Part shown: positions 1 through 10,314 of the stretch, in pieces | How positions within the stretch are numbered: position 1 is the stretch's first letter | How the letters are laid out: each line of letters opens with the position of its first letter | NCBI GenBank assembly: GCA_965202625.1 | Contig: CBDBBI010000010.1 | Coordinates: 1,088,001-1,152,000 of the forward strand | Reading direction: 5' to 3' | DNA length: 64,000 nucleotides | Source of the DNA: a bacterium | GTDB taxonomy: Bacteria; UBA8248 | Position numbers and translations under genes: made by a program | The notes under the pieces: model-generated | Database searches by the model: none | The model's input: only the letters and a program-made list of their open reading frames with translations | Told to the model about the DNA's origin: nothing

Positions 1-712
1 CCCTTACAACGTTATGATCCAACCTGTCGGGACCAGCCACTACTTCCAAAATTCTCGCGATATCCTCCACCGAGCGCGCGATGACGCCCACATGATCGAA
101 ATTCCAGGAAACCTTGAGGAGACCCGTTCTCGGAATGCGCCCATAGGTAGGCTTCAGGGCGGGTACGCCGCAATACGCGGCGGGACGAAGGACGGAGCCC
201 GTCGTCTGGCTGCCCAACGCGGCGGGAACCATGCCAGCGCCGACCGCCGCCGCAGAGCCACTGCTTGAACCGCCCGGGCTACACTCCACGTTCCAAGGGT
301 TGCGCGTAATAGATGGGTCTCCCTGCGCAAAAGGCGTCGTCACCGCCTTGCCCATAGCAATCGCGCCGGCATTTCTCAAACGGGCCACGGACGTGGCGTC
401 ATCGGCTGCTATCTCCCCTTTGAGAATCTCCGTTCCCGCCTCACGCTTGAGACCCCGGACGTCAAAAATATCTTTGGCCGCATAGGGCGCGCCCGCCAGA
501 GAACCCGGGTTCTCCCCATCACTTCGGACATCGTCTATTTCCCGCGCCGCCTTGAGTGCGCCATCCCTGTCCACCTGCGCCCAAGCCTTCACCTTATCTT
601 CACACGCATCGATCCGCGACAACAAAGAGCGCACCCATTCCTCGGCCCCGAGTGCGCCCTCCTCCATCCTGCGCAAACCCTCGCTCATCGAGAGCTTCCA
701 GTATTCGCTCAC
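1..712 (-). CDS. Amidase-signature family enzyme (GatA/AtzE-like), runs off window
   Basis: Not in the ORF track because no stop falls in the window. Manual translation from GTG at 712: MSEYWKLS...GAPYAAKDIFDV...RNPWNVECSPGGSSSGSAAAVGAGMVPAALGSQTTGSVLRPAAYCGVPALKPTYG, an amidase signature with the Lys/Ser/Ser triad motifs. Confidence 0.9.
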   Translation of the reverse strand, partial: MSEYWKLSMSEGLRRMEEGALGAEEWVRSLLSRIDACEDKVKAWAQVDRDGALKAAREIDDVRSDGENPGSLAGAPYAAKDIFDVRGLKREAGTEILKGEIAADDATSVARLRNAGAIAMGKAVTTPFAQGDPSITRNPWNVECSPGGSSSGSAAAVGAGMVPAALGSQTTGSVLRPAAYCGVPALKPTYGRIPRTGLLKVSWNFDHVGVIARSVEDIARILEVVAGPDRLDHNVVR

Positions 713-963
713 TTCATGCTCTCATCCGCCCACGTTTTATCGAGCGGCGGCAAAAACGGCTCAGTGGTAGATTCCAGCGCGATTCTGGAGAGTATTTCGA
801 GCATCCGGACGCAATCATCCGCCGTTTTGAGGGTGAATTCATCATCGGGAACGCCATAGACCGTAGAGGCCATCTCACTTATTCGCGCCGCCATCTCCGC
901 ACGGCCTTCCTGAGGTGCAGTCACGTTCTTCTCCTGAGCGCGTTGACGTTGCCCACCTCGCAT
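709..963 (-). CDS. Small hypothetical protein, possible GatC/AtzG-like amidase partner (start uncertain, probably ~60-65 aa)
   Basis: Stop overlaps the amidase GTG (GTGA coupling); small, acidic, C-terminal 'TEPF' motif. Confidence 0.55.
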   Translation of the reverse strand: MRGGQRQRAQEKNVTAPQEGRAEMAARISEMASTVYGVPDDEFTLKTADDCVRMLEILSRIALESTTEPFLPPLDKTWADESMK

Positions 964-997
964 GTCACATTAAAAAAGTATGATACTATAAAAAACC

Positions 998-1483
998 GTG
1001 ATGATGAGGCCCCATCTGAAGGAAAAAGACGTGCGAATCTGGGTGGATGCGGACGCATGTCCACAGGATATCAAAGAGATTCTTTATAAAACCACCGAGC
1101 GACTCCACATTCCCATCACCCTGGTGGCCAACATGAAATTGAGAGTCCCGGACATGCCCTCCGTCTCCACGATACAGGTTCCTGGCGGAGCGGACGCGGC
1201 GGACGCTTACATTGTCGAGCATTTGCGCCCGGGTGACTTCGTCATCACCGCAGATATCCCGTTCGCTGCAAAGGCGGTGGAAAAGGGCACTCTGGCCATT
1301 GACCCACGGGGCGATGTCTATACAGAAGAAAACGTGGGCGAGAGGCTTTCGCTCAGAAACTTCATAATGGAGATGCGCGCAAACGGTCTCGTCCAAGGCG
1401 GCCCACCGCCCATGGTCGCGGCGGATCGGCGCAAATTCGCGGAGGCACTCGACAGAGAACTGGCGAGAAGAAAGAACCTTTAA
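998..1483 (+). CDS. YaiI/YqxD (DUF188) family protein
   Basis: IWVDADACP, DAADAYIV, GDFVITADIPFA, IDPRG motifs. Confidence 0.92.
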   Translation: MMMRPHLKEKDVRIWVDADACPQDIKEILYKTTERLHIPITLVANMKLRVPDMPSVSTIQVPGGADAADAYIVEHLRPGDFVITADIPFAAKAVEKGTLAIDPRGDVYTEENVGERLSLRNFIMEMRANGLVQGGPPPMVAADRRKFAEALDRELARRKNL

Positions 1484-2466
1484 GCGTTCACGTCAACCAC
1501 CACGCGGCCCCTCACCCGCCCCTTTAATATGTCGGCGCCCAAGCCAGCCAAATCAGAAAGGGTGGCTTCGGTGATCATGGATTCCAGCCTATCCATCGGC
1601 ATCTGTGCGGAGAGCCGGGTCCACGCTTTTTGACGACGCGCGTAGGGGCACATGACCGAATCAATCCCCAGGAGATTCACCCCTCGCAAGAGAAACGGAA
1701 TCACCGTCGTCCTCAGAGAACTCCCACCGGCCAAACCTACCGCCGCCACAGAGCTCCCATATTTCATCTGCGTCAACAGGCGCGCGAGCGTCGCCCCCCC
1801 TACCGAGTCGACACACCCCGCCCAGCGCTCGCTCTCAAGCGGCCGCTTCGTCTCCTCGGAGAGCTCGTCACGCGTAATTATCCTCGAAGAGCCCAGCGAT
1901 TGGAGATATTCGTGGTTCTCCTCCCTTCCCGTCGACGCGGTGACGGAATACCCTTGGCCCCCGAGAATGGCCACCGAGACTGAGCCCACCCCACCAGCCG
2001 CCCCTGTGACCAGGACTTCTCCATCGTCGACGCCGAGACCGTGGGCCTCGAGTGCCTGAACGGAAAGCATGGCCGTGAAACCAGCCGTGCCAAGCGCCAT
2101 CGCCTGTCTCGTCGACAAATTATCAGGCAGATGAACCAGCCAGTCCCCTTGGACGCGCGCTTTTTGAGAATATCCCCCCCAGTGCGTCTCGCCGACTCGC
2201 CAGCCGGTAAGAATCACTTTGTCCCCCGCGCGATAATTCGGGTGCGCACTTTCCTCCACGACGCCCGAGAAATCAATACCCGGCACGTGGGGATAACGAC
2301 GCACCATCCGTCCGACGCCGCTCAATATCATTCCATCCTTGTAATTGAGCGTTGAGTAATCGACTGCGACGATCACGTCGCCATCCGGCAGACGCTCCTC
2401 ATCGATCTCTTGAATTGATGAGCGGATATCCCCGTCCGCCTCGTCCAAAACCAACGCATGAAACAT
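1480..2466 (-). CDS. acuI: Acryloyl-CoA reductase AcuI/YhdH (MDR family)
   Basis: YSTLNYKDG, VPGIDFSG, GETHWGGYSQKARV, GTAGFTAML, PFLLRGVNLLGIDSV, RGRVVVDV. Confidence 0.88.
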   Translation of the reverse strand: MFHALVLDEADGDIRSSIQEIDEERLPDGDVIVAVDYSTLNYKDGMILSGVGRMVRRYPHVPGIDFSGVVEESAHPNYRAGDKVILTGWRVGETHWGGYSQKARVQGDWLVHLPDNLSTRQAMALGTAGFTAMLSVQALEAHGLGVDDGEVLVTGAAGGVGSVSVAILGGQGYSVTASTGREENHEYLQSLGSSRIITRDELSEETKRPLESERWAGCVDSVGGATLARLLTQMKYGSSVAAVGLAGGSSLRTTVIPFLLRGVNLLGIDSVMCPYARRQKAWTRLSAQMPMDRLESMITEATLSDLAGLGADILKGRVRGRVVVDVNA

Positions 2467-2487
2467 AACGCATCATCTCCACACAGT

Positions 2488-2973
2488 TTAACTTCGCTCT
2501 ATTCCCTCTTTGAGCAAACCAAGCGTTGCCCTGGCGAACGCCCACATGTTCGCCTCCCTATCGGCGCTGTCCGTCTCCAGCGTTGTCGTTTTATTCATCG
2601 GACCAGAAACGGCCATGCACGAATGTCCCGGCTCATCCCCATATCGGTTTCCAGAAGGGCCAGCGGCCCCAGTTTCGGAGACGCCCCAGGTCGCTCCCAG
2701 ACGACTTCTCATCGCATCGGCCAGCTTCTCCGCGTATGCCTCAGTGCTCGGCCTCATTCCCTCCAAGGCATCCTCGGGCAAGCCAAGCAAAACGTTCCTC
2801 GAATTATAGGTATAGAGCACGCCCCCGCCAACATAATAGGCAGAGGCACCTGGAACGGCGAGGAGGGCGGATGAAACTAAACCGCCCGCAGACGTTTCCG
2901 CGACGGCGACCGTCTCTCCCCTCTCTTTCAACAACTTCCCGATCTCATCAGCCATCCGCGTGAGCAAATCCAT
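2488..2973 (-). CDS. CinA C-terminal/PncC family (NMN deamidase-like) protein
   Basis: TVAVAETSAGGLVS, VPGASAYY, GVSETGAAGPSG motifs. Confidence 0.88.
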   Translation of the reverse strand: MDLLTRMADEIGKLLKERGETVAVAETSAGGLVSSALLAVPGASAYYVGGGVLYTYNSRNVLLGLPEDALEGMRPSTEAYAEKLADAMRSRLGATWGVSETGAAGPSGNRYGDEPGHSCMAVSGPMNKTTTLETDSADREANMWAFARATLGLLKEGIERS

Positions 2974-3180
2974 AAAATTTCTCCAAGCATAAAAAAATGA
3001 CGTCTAAGGTTAAAGAATGACATATTCTCGTCCTAAAATCATCTTATTCCCGGGTCTTAGGGCGGATGAGGCGAGACGACCGAACAAGGGGATTACCCAT
3101 CTCCTTCTCGTTCGTGATATGTTGGTGTAGTGAATGCCCAACAATCGAGCCTATATTGAGTTTGCGGAGGAAATCGCCCG

Positions 3181-5502
3181 ATGCACGACGAGCGGGTTGA
3201 AAAACATCCTCACAGCTCTCACTGGGGAGCGTTCCAGGCGCATGTCCGGAATGGGCGCATGGTGGGTTTCGAGCCATTCGGCAAGGACCCGGAGCCCTCA
3301 CCCATCCTAGAGTCGATTCAAAGCACCGTTTACGACGAGAGCCGCGTGTCCCGGCCGATGATTCGCGCCGGCTGGCTCGAGCGTGGGCCAGGGAAAAACA
3401 CCGAGGCGCGTGGTGCTGAGCCTTTTGTACCCGTCTCATGGAACTTCGCCCTTAGAATGGTTGCCGACGAAATTAAGCGCGTCAAAACCAAACATGGAAA
3501 TACGTCCATATTCGCCGGTTCATACGGCTGGGCGAGTGCGGGCCGCTTTCACCATGCGAACACTTTGGTGAAAAGATTTTTCAACTGCTATGGTGGTTTC
3601 ACGGATCAAGCGACCACCTACAGCATCGCTGCCGGATACGTCATCCTACCCCATATTCTAGGAAACAAAGACGCCTGTTCGGGCCCCATCACGACGTGGG
3701 ACAGTATCGTCAAAGACACCCAGCTCTTCGTCATGTTCGGCGGTGTTCCGGTTAAGAACGCGCAAGTATCCTCGGGAGGCGCCGGAGAGCACACCCTCGC
3801 ACTTTGGCTGGAGAGGGCGAAATCAAACGGCGTGGAATTTGTCAACATCAGTCCGCTAGAAGACGACGCGCCTGATTTTTTGGGTGCCCGGTGGATCCCC
3901 GTGCGTCCCAACACGGACGTGGCCTTGATGCTCGGTCTCGCCCACACCCTTCTTGACGAAGGTTTGCACGATACGGATTTTCTCGCGCGCTATTGCGTGG
4001 GCTTTGAGAGGTTCCAAGCGTATTTAACGGGAAAAACCGACGGCCAGCCCAAAAGCGCGGACTGGGCGGCTGACATCACAGGCGTCGAAGCGAACACCAC
4101 GCGGGCACTTGCCCACCGCATGGCGAGAGAGAGAACGATGCTCAACACGAACTGGTCGCTCCAGCGCGCCGATCACGGAGAACAGACGTTCTGGATGACC
4201 ACCACGCTCGCCGCCATGCTCGGGCAAATCGGCCTGTCCGGCGGCGGGTTCGGCTTCGGCTACGGAAGCATGGGTGGACGCGCGACGCCGCGCGAGAACA
4301 TATCATCGCCCAACATGAGCACCGGAAAGAATCCAACCCGAAGCTTCATCCCCGTCGCCCGCATAGCGGACATGATGCTTCACCCAGGTCAAACGTATGA
4401 CTTCAACGGAGAACGGCGCACCTACCCAGACGTCAGGATGGTGTATTGGTGCGGAGGCAATCCCTTTCATCATCACCAAGACTTGAATCGCCTGATGGGG
4501 GCATGGCGACGGCCGGAGACCATCGTTGTTCACGAGCCTTGGTGGACTTCCACGGCGCGTCATGCGGACATCGTTCTTCCCGCAACCACCACGCTTGAGC
4601 GAAATGACGTCGGCTCGAGCGCAAAGGATCGCTTCATCATGGCGATGCGCAAGGTGATTGATCCGGTTGGCGAAGCCCGGCATGATTTCGATATTTTCTC
4701 AAATCTCGCCGAGCGGCTAGGGTTTAGGGGCAAATTCACCGAAGGCCGCGACGAGATGGAATGGATCGAGCATATCTACGAGGAGGCGCGGCGCAAAGCC
4801 GCGGCGAAAGGCGTGGTTCTCGACACGTTCACTAACTTCTGGGAGACCGGACACACGGAAGTCGCCCCACCGGAGACACCCTACGTCTATCTGGCCGATT
4901 TTAGACGCGACCCAGAGAAAAACGCCCTCAAGACGCCCTCGGGGAAAATCGAAATATATTCTGAGCGCATTGAGAGTTTTCAATACCCGGATTGTCCGCC
5001 CCATCCAGCCTGGCTTGAACCTGCGGAATGGTTAGGAAGCGAGCAGGCGAAAAAATTTCCGCTCCATATGATCTCGAACCAACCCCGCACGAGGCTACAC
5101 GGGCAGATGGACAATGGGACCACCAGCCTCAAAAGCAAGATTCACGGCAGGGAACCGGCGTGGATACATCTCAATGACGCCGCCGCACGAGGAATTCACG
5201 ATGGGGACATCATTAAAATTTTCAACGAGCGCGGGGCCATTCTCGCAGGAGCCAGGATTTCCGAACGACAGCTCTCCGGTGTGATCCAACTCTCCACGGG
5301 AGCTTGGTATGACCCGCAGGAACCTGGAAAAATCGGCACACTAGATAAACACGGAAACCCAAACGTCCTCACGATTGACAAGGGAACCTCCAAGCTGGGC
5401 CAAGGACCGATCGCGCACAGTGCTCTGGTAGAGGTGGAACGCTACGAGGAGGAGCTCCCCGAAATTACGGCATTTCAACCCCCATCCTTCGTAGAGGCGT
5501 AA
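3181..5502 (+). CDS. Molybdopterin (bis-MGD) S/N-oxide reductase, BisC/DMSO-reductase type, no Tat leader
   Basis: SHWGAF, GSYGWASAG, TYS (Ser Mo ligand position), GGNPFHHHQD, ADIVLPATT, RLHGQMD, GNPNVLTID. Confidence 0.92.
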   Translation: MHDERVEKHPHSSHWGAFQAHVRNGRMVGFEPFGKDPEPSPILESIQSTVYDESRVSRPMIRAGWLERGPGKNTEARGAEPFVPVSWNFALRMVADEIKRVKTKHGNTSIFAGSYGWASAGRFHHANTLVKRFFNCYGGFTDQATTYSIAAGYVILPHILGNKDACSGPITTWDSIVKDTQLFVMFGGVPVKNAQVSSGGAGEHTLALWLERAKSNGVEFVNISPLEDDAPDFLGARWIPVRPNTDVALMLGLAHTLLDEGLHDTDFLARYCVGFERFQAYLTGKTDGQPKSADWAADITGVEANTTRALAHRMARERTMLNTNWSLQRADHGEQTFWMTTTLAAMLGQIGLSGGGFGFGYGSMGGRATPRENISSPNMSTGKNPTRSFIPVARIADMMLHPGQTYDFNGERRTYPDVRMVYWCGGNPFHHHQDLNRLMGAWRRPETIVVHEPWWTSTARHADIVLPATTTLERNDVGSSAKDRFIMAMRKVIDPVGEARHDFDIFSNLAERLGFRGKFTEGRDEMEWIEHIYEEARRKAAAKGVVLDTFTNFWETGHTEVAPPETPYVYLADFRRDPEKNALKTPSGKIEIYSERIESFQYPDCPPHPAWLEPAEWLGSEQAKKFPLHMISNQPRTRLHGQMDNGTTSLKSKIHGREPAWIHLNDAAARGIHDGDIIKIFNERGAILAGARISERQLSGVIQLSTGAWYDPQEPGKIGTLDKHGNPNVLTIDKGTSKLGQGPIAHSALVEVERYEEELPEITAFQPPSFVEA

Positions 5503-5503
5503 G

Positions 5504-6895
5504 TTGTCCAAAAAATTCCTCTCCGACCACGGCAAATGGCCCCAGTGTATTTCAGCAGGGCCTTTCCTGTTCTTTGGCGGGTGGATGGGTGCCCATCCGA
5601 AGACGAGGAACATTTGCGCGTCCTACGCCGAAATCGGTGAAGCGGGCCCCATACGGACCAAAAATTATCCTTGGGTCGATAAAATCGAGGCGCCTATCGG
5701 CGCTCAGGCTATCGCCACTTACGAGGGCGTGCAAGAAACGCTCCGGAAAAATGGTGGGGGATTGGAGCATCTGCTCAGGTTTCACCTTTATCAGCTCGAC
5801 AAGCGTTTTTTTCCGGTGTTCGACGCCATCAGACGCCATTATGAACCCGAAGCCCCTACGCCGAGCACCGCCGTGGGCATGGGCGCGTTCGACCCGGGGA
5901 GAATCGTCCGCTTCAACATCGACGGTATCGCCCTGCGTCCAAAAGCAGTGGACGCTCTGGGGAAAAGAGTGGTTCACGAAGGCTCGAAAGCACATTCCAC
6001 CGCCGCGCACTTCTCACACGTTGTGGGCACGGGCCCCTACCTTTTCGTCGCCGGCCAGATTCCGACAGACACCTCGAAACCCGGCTCCCCTCTCATCCGC
6101 AACTATCCCGACATTCCCGAGGAAGGCAGATTTCTTTCCGTCGGCCAGAGCCATGAGGACAGTAGAAACGGCCCCATAGCGGCGCAAACATGGTTCGTAT
6201 ATGACCTGATCCGAAAACACCTGGAAGGTTCCGGATCGTCTCTCGAAAATATCCTAAATCTCACCGTCTACCTTCAGGACATGCGCGATTTCCCTACTTT
6301 TCACCGCGTCCACGAGAGGTTTTTCCCCGAAAACCCACCGGCTCTCACAGTGATACAAGTAACAGAAGTCGGCCACAAGGGAGAGAAAATCGAAATCGAA
6401 CCGACGGCGTTGATCAAAGGAGCGAAGATGAAGCGCGAGGCGATTTCCTGGGACGACACACCGAGTGCGCAAATGAGCCTGGGGGTCTCGGCCGGCGGTC
6501 TTTTATTTCTCTCCAACCTCGTTGGACTGAACCGAGACGGAGAGCCGATTCAGCGAAAAAGCGAATTGAGCGGAACGCTCCGCAAGAATCTGCCGAAAAC
6601 GCTTTCACCGTCGGGAAGAAAAGCGCTCTTTCAGGGTTTGGGAATTCTGGATGGGATGGAGAGGGCGATGAGGGCCGCAGGCTCCAGAATGCGCCGGATT
6701 TCCCACCTCACCCTGTTCCTCAAAAACATCTCTCACCTATCGTCACTCGAACCCGTTTTTGCAAAATATTTTCCCAAACAAAGGCCTGCCTTCACCGCCA
6801 TTCAAATACCCGAACCCTCGCCCCTCGCCGGCACCGAAGTCTCAATGACGGCCATCGCCTGGACGGGAGACGGCGAGCCTGAAATTCTCGCTTAA
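5504..6895 (+). CDS. Rid (YjgF/YER057c/UK114) family protein with three tandem domains
   Basis: Three repeats of the Rid pattern (GPFLFFGG/GPYLFVAGQ/GGLLFLSN ... AQ ... GSSLENILNLTVYLQDMRDF ... PPALTVI ... KIEIE); TTG start 1 nt after the upstream stop. Confidence 0.8.
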   Translation: MSKKFLSDHGKWPQCISAGPFLFFGGWMGAHPKTRNICASYAEIGEAGPIRTKNYPWVDKIEAPIGAQAIATYEGVQETLRKNGGGLEHLLRFHLYQLDKRFFPVFDAIRRHYEPEAPTPSTAVGMGAFDPGRIVRFNIDGIALRPKAVDALGKRVVHEGSKAHSTAAHFSHVVGTGPYLFVAGQIPTDTSKPGSPLIRNYPDIPEEGRFLSVGQSHEDSRNGPIAAQTWFVYDLIRKHLEGSGSSLENILNLTVYLQDMRDFPTFHRVHERFFPENPPALTVIQVTEVGHKGEKIEIEPTALIKGAKMKREAISWDDTPSAQMSLGVSAGGLLFLSNLVGLNRDGEPIQRKSELSGTLRKNLPKTLSPSGRKALFQGLGILDGMERAMRAAGSRMRRISHLTLFLKNISHLSSLEPVFAKYFPKQRPAFTAIQIPEPSPLAGTEVSMTAIAWTGDGEPEILA

Positions 6896-7059
6896 TTCCT
6901 CGTCGGATGGGTCATCAAGGAAGTGATTTATATGTCAGTTTTTCCCGTATGGTCGGGAGTTCATCCATCCGATTGGGACACCGCCTTTCGTCAACGCCCG
7001 TCTTTTCGAAAGGAAATACGCGAATTCTCCGAGAACGACGCGCCGACTGGAAACAACGA

Positions 7060-7400
7060 CTAAGGTGTATCGCAAACCCGATGCCCTGCGGGATCCTCTA
7101 CAAGAGTGGCGAAACGACTATGATCCAACTCTCCACGATCAACCGCAAGAGTACGGTGAACCTCTGATACAGCTGGCCCGTCGCAGGTATGGTCACTCCC
7201 AACTCCACACCCGCTTCCATCGCGAGACGTAAGTCCTTTCGATGCAGACGAATTCGAAAACCCGGAGGATATTCGCTCTTCACCAGGTTCGGCCCCCGCA
7301 ATTCGAGCACGCGGGATTGCGCAAGACCGCTGGATAATGCGGCAATCATCTTTTCCGGATTCTCGCCCGCCTCGAACGCGCTCATCCAAATTCTGGCGGC
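7060..7400 (-). pseudogene. Remnant of a 2-hydroxy-3-oxopropionate reductase/3-hydroxyisobutyrate dehydrogenase (C-terminal domain only, frameshifted)
   Basis: AGENPEKMIAALSSGLAQSRVLELRG...PGFRIRLHRKDLRLAMEAG in one frame and DRGELDHS...LVE in another; N-terminal Rossmann domain absent. Confidence 0.7.
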
Positions 7401-7441
7401 CCCGGCTCCAGGAACCAGGGGATGAAACGAGCCGCCCTCCC

Positions 7442-8803
7442 TCAACCCGACAAAAATCTCTTCGCCGCCGCACACAAGAGCCCTTCCTTGAAGGCGGGCG
7501 CGAGCAAGGTGATGCCGATCGGAAGTCCATTCGAATAGAAACCATTGGGTATGGCGATAGCGGACAAATCCAGCAAGTTCACGAAGTTCGTATACATTCC
7601 CAAATTCGCATTCAAGGCGATGGGGTCGGCCTTCACCTCGTCTATCGTGTAGGCGGTGAGCACGACTACAAAATGAATGGTTCGCCAGATTTTTTCCGCC
7701 TCGCGCTTGAGTTCCTCCAAACGGTAGAAAGCCCGGAAGGCATCCACCGCCGAATACCTAGAGGCGTCCGCAATCAAACCCCTCGTGAGAGGATAAAGAG
7801 GATTTGGGTTTCGTTTGCAAAAATTCTTCAATCGCGGCCAGCCGCTCCGCCATCCATGGGCCCTCATACACGAGTTTGGCCGTCTCATAAAAGGGAGAAA
7901 AATCGACCTCCTGAACAGTCACGTCCATCTCCTCAATGCGCTCAAGGCTCCGATCATACGCCTTCCGCGCCTCCCCGTCTCCCAGAAAATTTCTTTGCCC
8001 AAGAAAGGGTGCCCCAGATTTCACTCCATCCGGAAAATCAGCCTCCTCCTCCAGAGACACCCCCACCGGAAGAGCGCGGCTATACGGGTCGTCATCCAGA
8101 GCGGTCATCGTCTTCAACACGTGAAGTGCGTCTGAAGTATCCAGGGCAAAAACCGAGACGCAATCCAGCGTGCGGCATGCGGGCGTCACGCCGCGCGCAC
8201 TCACTAGGCTCCGCGAGGGCTTCAGTCCCACGATGTTGTTGAACCCAGCAGGCACCCTGTCTGAATCAGCCGTGTCCGTACCAAGGGCGAAACTCACCAA
8301 GCCTGCCGCGACGGCCACGGCCGAGCCTGAACTCGAGCCGCCTGGAATATAGGCCGGATGAAACGGATTTCGAGCCACGCCATACGGCGTGCGCGCGCCC
8401 GTGAGACCCAAAGCGAACTGATCCAGATTCGTCTTTCCGACGAGGATCGCTCCGGCGTCGAGCAGAAACCCCACGCAGGGGGCGCTTTCCGCGGGCGTAT
8501 AGGCAAGTCAGGACATGCCGCTGTTGTAGGGACCCCCTCAACGTCGATGTTATCTTTCACCGCAAAGGGAAGGCCGTAGAGAGGGATTCCACGCGCGTTC
8601 GTGTTGAGCGCCTCCAGCTCGCGCGCGCGGACAGCTTCTCCACTAGCTCTACGTGAATCCACACGCCATCTTCGCCACGCGCCGCGATTCGTTCGCAAAC
8701 CGCCTGGACGGTGTCCGAAGGCGCGTGTGCGCCCGGATACATAGGCCTCCCGAATTCGGCGCAAGCGAAGACCATCCGTTTGCGACGAGGCACCCGTAGT
8801 CAC
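7442..8803 (-). pseudogene. atzF: Allophanate hydrolase (AtzF-type amidase) pseudogene with several frameshifts
   Basis: Consecutive pieces in different frames: PLYGLPFAVKDNIDVEGVPTTAACP / GKTNLDQFALGLTGARTPYG...PGGSSSGSAVAVA...LGTDTADSDRVPAGFNNIVGLKPS / LYEGPWMAER / NANLGMYTNFVNLLDLSAIAIP; catalytic GS motif also degenerate. Confidence 0.85.
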
Positions 8804-9101
8804 CTGGGATTCTCCGCCTTCATGGCTTCATCGCTTGCATGGCACCATTTACCTATCCGTCGTTCCAATCGTATAAAAGAGCTAAGCCAACTTCATCCGC
8901 CCCTATGGTTCATCGAAGTCGCATCCCTTAACAATCAAAATCGCCCAGCCGCAAAGGCCATTCCCAATGGTCGATCATTCATTTCATCGTTTGATGATAA
9001 GATATTTCCGAATCCATGAATATGCGGTAGCATTAAAATACATTGGCATTTTATGAATGGGCACGCGTGAGGCACATTGCGCCCTCTCCGTTCAAACACC
9101 T

Positions 9102-9575
9102 ATGGAGACGATTTCCATGCGAAGCGAGAAAGACCCGCTTCATTCCGAAAAGAAGTACAGATTTCGCGGCCTAGTGGACAAGTTAGTTTTTTCAGGGCCC
9201 GTCTTCGCGCGCGGCGAAGGATCGACTATCGAGGACATGAACGGCAAGTGCTACATCGACTTCAACTCGGGGCAAATGTTCTCCGCGCTCGGCCACAACC
9301 ATCCCCACCATCACGGCGGCCATCCCAATAATCTGCGACAGCCTCATCCACACGCACAGCAGTTTCTTCAACGACCAGGAAATTCTTCTCGTCGAGTGCC
9401 TTGGCGCGCTACTGCCCGCGTCGCCCGAGAAAAACCTTTTTCTAGGCTCCGGAGCGGACAAAAACGAAGCCCGGGGACGATCGACCGAAAATTCACCGGC
9501 GGATTCGAGGTGTCAAGCCCCCACATCAGCTTCCACGACCTCTCCGACACGGCGCGCGCGTTCATCCTCACCACC
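9102..9575 (+). pseudogene. Class-III PLP aminotransferase (dialkylglycine decarboxylase-like) 5' fragment, frameshifted and truncated
   Basis: ARGEGSTIEDMNGKCYIDFNSGQMFSALGHNHP, then a frame change, later FTGGFEV..ISFH; no PLP-lysine region before trmL. Confidence 0.7.
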
Positions 9576-9661
9576 GGAGGCGATAGACCAAGCGAGCGTT
9601 CGCGGAGCCGTCTCGTGACGCGCCTCAGGCTCGATTCTTCCACCCCCCTCGACTAGGCCAG

Positions 9662-10138
9662 ATGCTCCACGTCGCTCTGTATCGTCCGGCCATTCCGCAG
9701 AACACCGGAAACATCGGTCGACTATGCGTCGGAATGGAAGCACATCTCCACATCATCGAACCCGCAAAATTCGACCTCTCGGACAACGCCCTGAGAAGGG
9801 CAGGGCTCGACTACTGGCCTGACCTGACGCTTACCCTCCACCAAGACGAAAGCCTGTTTCTGAAATGGCTGGGCAAGAGGAAACCATGGCTGATCACAAA
9901 GTTCGGCAACACCCGCTTCGATCAGGTCGCGTATTACGAGGAAGACGTGCTGATACTGGGAAACGAGAACACCGGCCTGCCAGATGAATGGCACCGGCGC
10001 TGGTCCGATCGGCGGATTTACGTGCCCATGCCCGGGCCGATCCGCTCCTACAACCTCGCCAACACCGCCGCGATCGTCCTCGCGCAAGGATATGTTTGGC
10101 TGCACGAGGCGGAAACTCCAAACCACAGGGGAGCGTAA
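9662..10138 (+). CDS. trmL: tRNA (cytidine/uridine-34-2'-O)-methyltransferase
   Basis: PAIPQNTGNIGRLC, LRRAGLDYW, LGNENTGLP, PMPGPIRSYNLAN (SPOUT fold). Confidence 0.93.
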   Translation: MLHVALYRPAIPQNTGNIGRLCVGMEAHLHIIEPAKFDLSDNALRRAGLDYWPDLTLTLHQDESLFLKWLGKRKPWLITKFGNTRFDQVAYYEEDVLILGNENTGLPDEWHRRWSDRRIYVPMPGPIRSYNLANTAAIVLAQGYVWLHEAETPNHRGA

Positions 10139-10314
10139 GGCGAGCACCCCAGAAAAGATATCGCCTCCACGCCCCACTCGCGCTCTCGGGACGCTCATCG
10201 CCTCGAACTACCGACGGCCGCCCGCCACCACCATAGGATTCTTACATTCGCCTGCTCGTAGTTTGAACGAACTCAACCGTCGCGCCGTCGGTCTTCCGCC
10301 CCTACCGTCCCCAG

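Noticed and set aside
7442-8803. Programmed frameshifting or Sec read-through restoring the allophanate hydrolase
   Set aside because: Several independent frame breaks, a degenerate catalytic motif and a truncated 3' end indicate decay
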